Shown: piece by piece, positions 58,973 to 64,000 of the stretch
Layout of the letters: the number at the start of each line of letters is the position of its first letter
How positions within the stretch are numbered: position 1 is the first letter of the stretch
Sequence record: DRR378314_17
Strand: one strand, 5' to 3'
Length of the DNA: 64,000 nt
The notes under the pieces: generated by a model
Told to the model about the DNA's origin: nothing
Databases searched by the model: none
The model's input: the letters and a program-made list of their open reading frames with translations, nothing else
Program-made: the position numbers and the translations under genes

Positions 58973-61684
58973 CTATTTGAATGTATAGGTGAACCCGTCC
59001 GGGCCGCCAGCTATGATTACCGACTCCAATTCGGCTCCTTCCAGGGAATAGTTTAGGATTTGGCGGCTCAGTTCCGGCAATAGGGTATTGGTCAGGATCG
59101 CATCGATCATGCGCCCACCGCTTTCGATCTCGGTGCAGCGGTCCTTGATCACCTGCATCGCGCTGGGATCAATGGTCAGTTCAGCGCCGTAGCCTTCGCC
59201 CAGCCGTTTGGCAATACCGCGCAATTTATGCCCCGCGATGGCTTCGATCATCGGATCCGACAGCGGATAATAAGGGATCGTGACCACGCGTCCCAACAAA
59301 GCAGCGGGGAACATGTTCAGCAGCGGCGCGCGCAGCGCTGCGGTCAGCTCCTCCATATCAGCGTCTTTGTTGCCTTCGTCAGTCATTGCCATGATCTCGT
59401 CCGAACCGACATTCGAGGTCAGCAGGATCAGGGTGTTCTTGAAGTCGATCCGGCGCCCCTCGCTGTCATCCATCATGCCCTTGTCGAAGACCTGAAAGAA
59501 AATCTCGTGCACGTCGGAATGGGCTTTTTCAACCTCGTCCAGCAGAACAACCGAATAGGGCCGGCGGCGTACGGCTTCGGTCAGGATGCCGCCCTTGCCA
59601 TAACCGACGTATCCCGGCGGTGCACCTTTGAGGGTCGAGACGGTATGCGCTTCCTGAAACTCGCTCATGTTGATGGAAATCAAGTTGCCTTCACCGCCAT
59701 ACATCAGGTCGGCCAAAGCCAATGCGGTTTCGGTTTTTCCGACCCCGGAAGGACCGCAGAGCATAAATACTCCAACAGGTTTCTCCGGTGCGCCAAGTCC
59801 AGCGGTGGCGGTTTGAATGCGGTTGGCGATCATCTCCATCGCGTGATCTTGACCGACGACACGTTCTGCCATGGTCGAGGCCAAGGACAGCGCGCGTTCG
59901 CTTTGGCTGGACAGCATCCTGCCCATGGGAATTCCGGTCCAGTCTTGCACGACGGCGGCCACGGCCTGCTTGTCGACTGACGGCAGGATCAGCGGTGTCT
60001 CGCCCTGCGCTTCGGTCAGTTGGGCCATCTTTTGGCGCAGCTCTGTCAGCGCTGTCTCACGATCGAAAGGTACGGCTTCAGTTTCAGCGGGATCAGGTTC
60101 CTGCTCATCCCCGCTGGCCTCAAGTTCGGCACCGGTTTCATCCAGAACAGCGCCCGAGGCGCGCAGCTGGCCGCGCAGCTCCAGTATATCCTTGACCAGT
60201 GTCTGTTCCGCCTCCCACCGGGTATTGGCAGCCTCTAGCTGGTCTTTGGCCGCTGCGATTTCGGCATCTACATCCGTTTTGCGTTCGTCGATATCGATGC
60301 CAATCTCGCCCTCGCGATCGACAATTCCGGCTTCGATCTCCAGCGCGGCCAGACGCCGTTCTATATCGTCAACTTCGGCCGGTGTGGCATGTTGCGATAC
60401 CGCCACCCGTGCGCAGGCCGTATCCAGCAATGAGATCGCCTTGTCAGGTAATTGGCGGCTGGGAATGTACCGATGCGACAGCTTGACCGAAGCTTCGATT
60501 GCCTCGTCCAGAACTTCGACCTGATGGTGCTTTTCCAGCACACCCGTCACACCCCGGCACATCAGTATTGCCTTGTCTTCGGAGGGCTCTTCGATCTTGA
60601 CTACTTGAAAGCGGCGGGTGAGGGCAGGGTCAGGTTCGATATGTTGTTTGTATTCGGCCCAAGTCGTGGCCGCGACCGTGCGAAGTTCGCCCCTTGCCAA
60701 AGCCGGTTTCAGCAGATTGGCTGCATCTCCGGTTCCCGCCGCACCCCCTGCGCCGATCAGCGTATGTGCCTCGTCAATGAACAGGATGATAGGCGTATCC
60801 GAGCTCTGCACTTCGTCGATCACGGCTTTCAGACGTTTTTCAAACTCGCCCTTGACCGAGGCCCCGGCCTGCATCAATCCGATATCCAGCATGTGCAGAT
60901 CCACATTCCGCAGTTGCGGCGGCACGTCACCGCGCGCCAGGCGCTGGGCGAACCCTTCGACCACCGCAGTTTTGCCAACACCGGCCTCACCGGTCAGGAT
61001 CGGATTGTTTTGTTTGCGGCGCATCAGGATGTCGATGATCTGACGGATTTCTGGATCACGCCCGACAACTGGGTCCATTGCCCCATCGCGTGCTCGTTGG
61101 GTCAGATTGGTCGCATATTTCTCAAGTGAAGACTCGCCGCTGCGGGCCGGTTTGCGTGGCGCGTCGGGTGCCCCCTCGGGTTCCGTCCGTTCCAGTGAGG
61201 CTGCCAGAAGATCGTCAAGCTGCGCCGCCATTGCCGCCGGGTCCAGCTTGTCAAATTCAAGGCTTATCTTGAACAACAGCCCTTCAAGCACGGGTACCTG
61301 CAATGCGCCCAGCAACACATAGGCCGAACGCACGGTATCATCGCCAAATTCCAGAGATCCGAAATTCCAAGCCTCTTGAATAGCGCGAAAAATATGGTCC
61401 GAGAACTCTTCAACTGAGCTGGCTCCATGTGGCAGCGCATCGGTGGCCCGCAACATGTCGCCGGTCAGTTTGTGACGGTCGACACCCGCTGCATCCAGTA
61501 GGATATCCATGTCGGACCGTTCAGAATCCGCTAGACCAGTGATGAAATGGACAAGTTCTACATAAGGGTTTCCGCGTCGCTTCGCGGCCTGCGCCGCGCC
61601 TGAAAACGCCGTAAGACAGATCGGATTAAGCTTGCCGACAAGTTCTTTACGCTTGACGGTTTCCTGAGATCTGTGTGGTGCCAT
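58973..61684 (-). CDS. tssH: T6SS ATPase ClpV (TssH)
   Basis: LVGKLN N-terminus; two AAA modules (GEAGVGKT, GPSGVGKT); NMSEFQEAHTVS. Confidence 0.97.
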   Translation of the reverse strand: MAPHRSQETVKRKELVGKLNPICLTAFSGAAQAAKRRGNPYVELVHFITGLADSERSDMDILLDAAGVDRHKLTGDMLRATDALPHGASSVEEFSDHIFRAIQEAWNFGSLEFGDDTVRSAYVLLGALQVPVLEGLLFKISLEFDKLDPAAMAAQLDDLLAASLERTEPEGAPDAPRKPARSGESSLEKYATNLTQRARDGAMDPVVGRDPEIRQIIDILMRRKQNNPILTGEAGVGKTAVVEGFAQRLARGDVPPQLRNVDLHMLDIGLMQAGASVKGEFEKRLKAVIDEVQSSDTPIILFIDEAHTLIGAGGAAGTGDAANLLKPALARGELRTVAATTWAEYKQHIEPDPALTRRFQVVKIEEPSEDKAILMCRGVTGVLEKHHQVEVLDEAIEASVKLSHRYIPSRQLPDKAISLLDTACARVAVSQHATPAEVDDIERRLAALEIEAGIVDREGEIGIDIDERKTDVDAEIAAAKDQLEAANTRWEAEQTLVKDILELRGQLRASGAVLDETGAELEASGDEQEPDPAETEAVPFDRETALTELRQKMAQLTEAQGETPLILPSVDKQAVAAVVQDWTGIPMGRMLSSQSERALSLASTMAERVVGQDHAMEMIANRIQTATAGLGAPEKPVGVFMLCGPSGVGKTETALALADLMYGGEGNLISINMSEFQEAHTVSTLKGAPPGYVGYGKGGILTEAVRRRPYSVVLLDEVEKAHSDVHEIFFQVFDKGMMDDSEGRRIDFKNTLILLTSNVGSDEIMAMTDEGNKDADMEELTAALRAPLLNMFPAALLGRVVTIPYYPLSDPMIEAIAGHKLRGIAKRLGEGYGAELTIDPSAMQVIKDRCTEIESGGRMIDAILTNTLLPELSRQILNYSLEGAELESVIIAGGPDGFTYTFK

Positions 61685-61816
61685 ATACTGCCCCCAAATT
61701 TCGAAAAATTTTAAATTCTCTGAAAAAAACAAATCGGTATAGTTGATTAAGTATAATCTAAATCCGGAATTGAATCGATAGTTTTGACAATGGCTTAGAT
61801 TCCGCGGGGCGCGTTG

Positions 61817-63949
61817 ATGATAGATCCAATGCCAGGTGACATTTTTCAGACCGGTCAGGTTCTGAACAATACCTACGAGATTCTGGGCGTTCTGGGCCGG
61901 GGCGGGACCGGCGAGGTTTATTTGGCTCGTAATCGGGTTGTGGATCGCAAGGTGGCGATTAAGGCGTTGAACTCACAATTCTCGGGTAACGCTGATTATG
62001 TCGAGCTGATGAAGCGCGAGGAAGAGATGCGCAACATCGTGCATGATGCCGTGGTGCGCTATTCGGAATGCTCGATGTCGGACCAGAACCACGTGTTTCT
62101 GGTTATGGAGTTTGTCGACGGGACCTCACTGAACGATCTGATGATGGAGCGCCGGGTCGAAGACCGGGAACTGTCGATCGTAGCGCATCGGGTGCTGGAA
62201 GGTCTGGTACAGGTGCACCACAATGGTATTGTGCATCGCGATCTCAGCCCTGACAACATCATCCTGCGCGACGATGACCCCGAACGGGCGACGATTATCG
62301 ATTTTGGTATCGCCAAAGACACGACCGCAGGTGCACGTACGATCGTGGGCAATGAGTTTGCGGGTAAATATGAATACGCCGCGCCCGAGCAATTGGAAGG
62401 GCGCGCCGAACGCAGGACAGACCTGTATTCGCTTGGGGCGTCGCTTTTGGCGGCGGCGCGGCAGGAAATACCATTTCCCGGTTCCACGCCCGGCGAGATT
62501 ATTCGCCGAAAGCAACAACCGCTGGACACGTCAGGGCTCGGTGATGATCTGCGGCGGTTGATCGAATGGTTGTCTGCACCTGATTTGGACGATCGTCCCG
62601 ACGATGCGTCTGAGGCACTAAGTTGGCTTGACGGGGTGCTGAAGCCTGCAGGCGGGCGATCCGGTTCTTCACCTGGGCGCGGCGGTGGGTCCCGGAGACC
62701 AGCACGCACGCGCGACACGAAGAAAACGGGCAAAGGCCTGTTGATCGGCCTGCCTGTCGCGCTGATTGCAGCGCTCGGCGGTCTTTGGGTAGCAGGTGTT
62801 TTTGATGCGCTGTTCGAACCACCTCTGCCATTGGCCAGCCCCTACGAGTTGACGGTGGGCACTGCACCAGACGGTAGCGCTGTGCTCAGCAGCTATGCAC
62901 CGGATCAGGCTGGGGCTGATCTCATCCTTGGCGGGTTTCAACAAGCGACAGGGCTTGAGGCGGCTGAAGGTGCGGTCACCCTTGCCGATGGTGTCCCTGA
63001 TCCGGATTGGCCGGCGCAGATGAGCCAGCTTTTGAACCTTGCCGGCAATCTGGAAAGCTGGGAGCTTTCGGTGTCGGATTCCCGTGCCAACCTGAACGGG
63101 GTTGCCTCCAGCATCTCTGCTCGTGGTGCGCTTGCGGCGCAGTTGGAGCAGTTAGCCAGCACCTCCGGCATTCAGATCACGCAGGACATCGTCGCGGGCC
63201 CCCGAGTTCTCTCACGCGCCGCGCTGCAGACGTCGTTGTCTCGTCTAGGCAGTTGTGGGCCCCTGCAGGCCTCGGCCACGGCGGATGGCACCTATCCGTT
63301 GTTCGATACCATTACGATTACAGGCGATCTGGCAAACGGATCGGATCAGGATAATATCAAACGTGCGTTGGGTCCTGTTATCGGCGACCGGAACCTGCGT
63401 TTCGACACAACTGTACTGAACGAAGAACTCTGTGCAATTCGTGCGGTATTACCGGATGTCCCTTCTGCCAACCTGTCGATCTGGCTGGGGGATGGTGCCA
63501 CTGGCGCGCCGTCGTTAAGTGGTGTTTTTCGCACCAGTGAAAACCCGGTGGTCGAGGTGCATATGCCGGAATCGATAACCGAGGGTTCTTTGTGGGTCAT
63601 GGTCGTCGACAATACGGGCACAGTGTTCCATGTGCTGCCAAACGTGAACCGGACCGACCATGACATTGCCAATTTGGGCGAGATGAAGAATGGGGTTCGG
63701 CAAGTGCGGGTTCTTCATTCAATCGAAGAGTTCAAGGAAGACAACTCGCGCCTGGCGATCCGTGTCAACGAGGGTGATTACGGAAAGACAGAAGTAATCG
63801 CGATCCTCAGCCGTTCGAACTTGTTCGATCTGCGCCGTCCCCGCGATGAAAGCGTAACTTCGGTTGCAGAGGCGCTGGCTGGTGCAATTGATGGTCGCGA
63901 AGGAGAGATCATCGGTGTTGCCAGCCGGATCATTGATGCCCGTCCCTAA
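61817..63949 (+). CDS. ppkA: Membrane Ser/Thr kinase, T6SS PpkA-like
   Basis: Motifs LGRGGTGEVY, VAIK, HRDLSPDN, DFG and APE; TM helix; large periplasmic region. Confidence 0.9.
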   Translation: MIDPMPGDIFQTGQVLNNTYEILGVLGRGGTGEVYLARNRVVDRKVAIKALNSQFSGNADYVELMKREEEMRNIVHDAVVRYSECSMSDQNHVFLVMEFVDGTSLNDLMMERRVEDRELSIVAHRVLEGLVQVHHNGIVHRDLSPDNIILRDDDPERATIIDFGIAKDTTAGARTIVGNEFAGKYEYAAPEQLEGRAERRTDLYSLGASLLAAARQEIPFPGSTPGEIIRRKQQPLDTSGLGDDLRRLIEWLSAPDLDDRPDDASEALSWLDGVLKPAGGRSGSSPGRGGGSRRPARTRDTKKTGKGLLIGLPVALIAALGGLWVAGVFDALFEPPLPLASPYELTVGTAPDGSAVLSSYAPDQAGADLILGGFQQATGLEAAEGAVTLADGVPDPDWPAQMSQLLNLAGNLESWELSVSDSRANLNGVASSISARGALAAQLEQLASTSGIQITQDIVAGPRVLSRAALQTSLSRLGSCGPLQASATADGTYPLFDTITITGDLANGSDQDNIKRALGPVIGDRNLRFDTTVLNEELCAIRAVLPDVPSANLSIWLGDGATGAPSLSGVFRTSENPVVEVHMPESITEGSLWVMVVDNTGTVFHVLPNVNRTDHDIANLGEMKNGVRQVRVLHSIEEFKEDNSRLAIRVNEGDYGKTEVIAILSRSNLFDLRRPRDESVTSVAEALAGAIDGREGEIIGVASRIIDARP

Positions 63950-64000
63950 GGTTGATCAGAACAGATCGAAGCGCACCGGATTGATGGCCCAATAAACCCG

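Noticed and set aside
63956-64000. Possible 3' end of a convergent gene (..RVYWAINPVRFDLF*)
   Set aside because: Only 15 codons are visible at the window edge, too few to call.
1-64000. rRNA, tRNA or CRISPR arrays
   Set aside because: None recognised by eye; a covariance-model scan would be needed to exclude small ncRNAs or riboswitches, for example in 12873-13210 or 18060-18730.

Overview
This is an alphaproteobacterial window; a Rhodobacteraceae/Roseobacter-group origin is inferred from gene content only. It has four blocks. (1) 0.5-9.9 kb: a VirB4 relic, then a form I aerobic CO dehydrogenase cluster (MHYT-LytTR coxC, coxMSL, coxDEF, a damaged MocA-like gene, an unannotated 30-aa Cys-Cys-ending peptide, coxG). 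(2) 10-19.3 kb: an accessory patchwork of HxlR/DUF1127, a LysR-linked purine/nucleoside deaminase module with an orphan BMP binding protein, a HAMP class III cyclase and an IS6 relic. (3) 19.4-35.5 kb: an unusual T6SS-adjacent module containing an orphan GcvH, a lipoprotein, a 1596-aa GT2/GT41/sulfotransferase fusion, two nucleotide-sugar SDRs, an exported caspase-like protease, two TagR-like FGE-fold proteins, an OmpA protein, PppA, an M15 peptidase and a second atypical TssM-like protein. (4) 35.5-64 kb: a complete type VI secretion system (vgrG, tagF, tssMLKJ, tagH, tssGFE, hcp, tssCBA, clpV, ppkA) with a DUF2169/KS-like adaptor, a PAAR-like GHH nuclease effector and a candidate immunity gene. 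The best candidate for an undescribed system is block 3, a glycosylation/sulfation plus periplasmic caspase module interleaved with T6SS regulatory genes; the CC-tailed cox peptide is second. No rRNA, tRNA or CRISPR array was seen. All family calls come from motif recognition by eye; no database searches were run.
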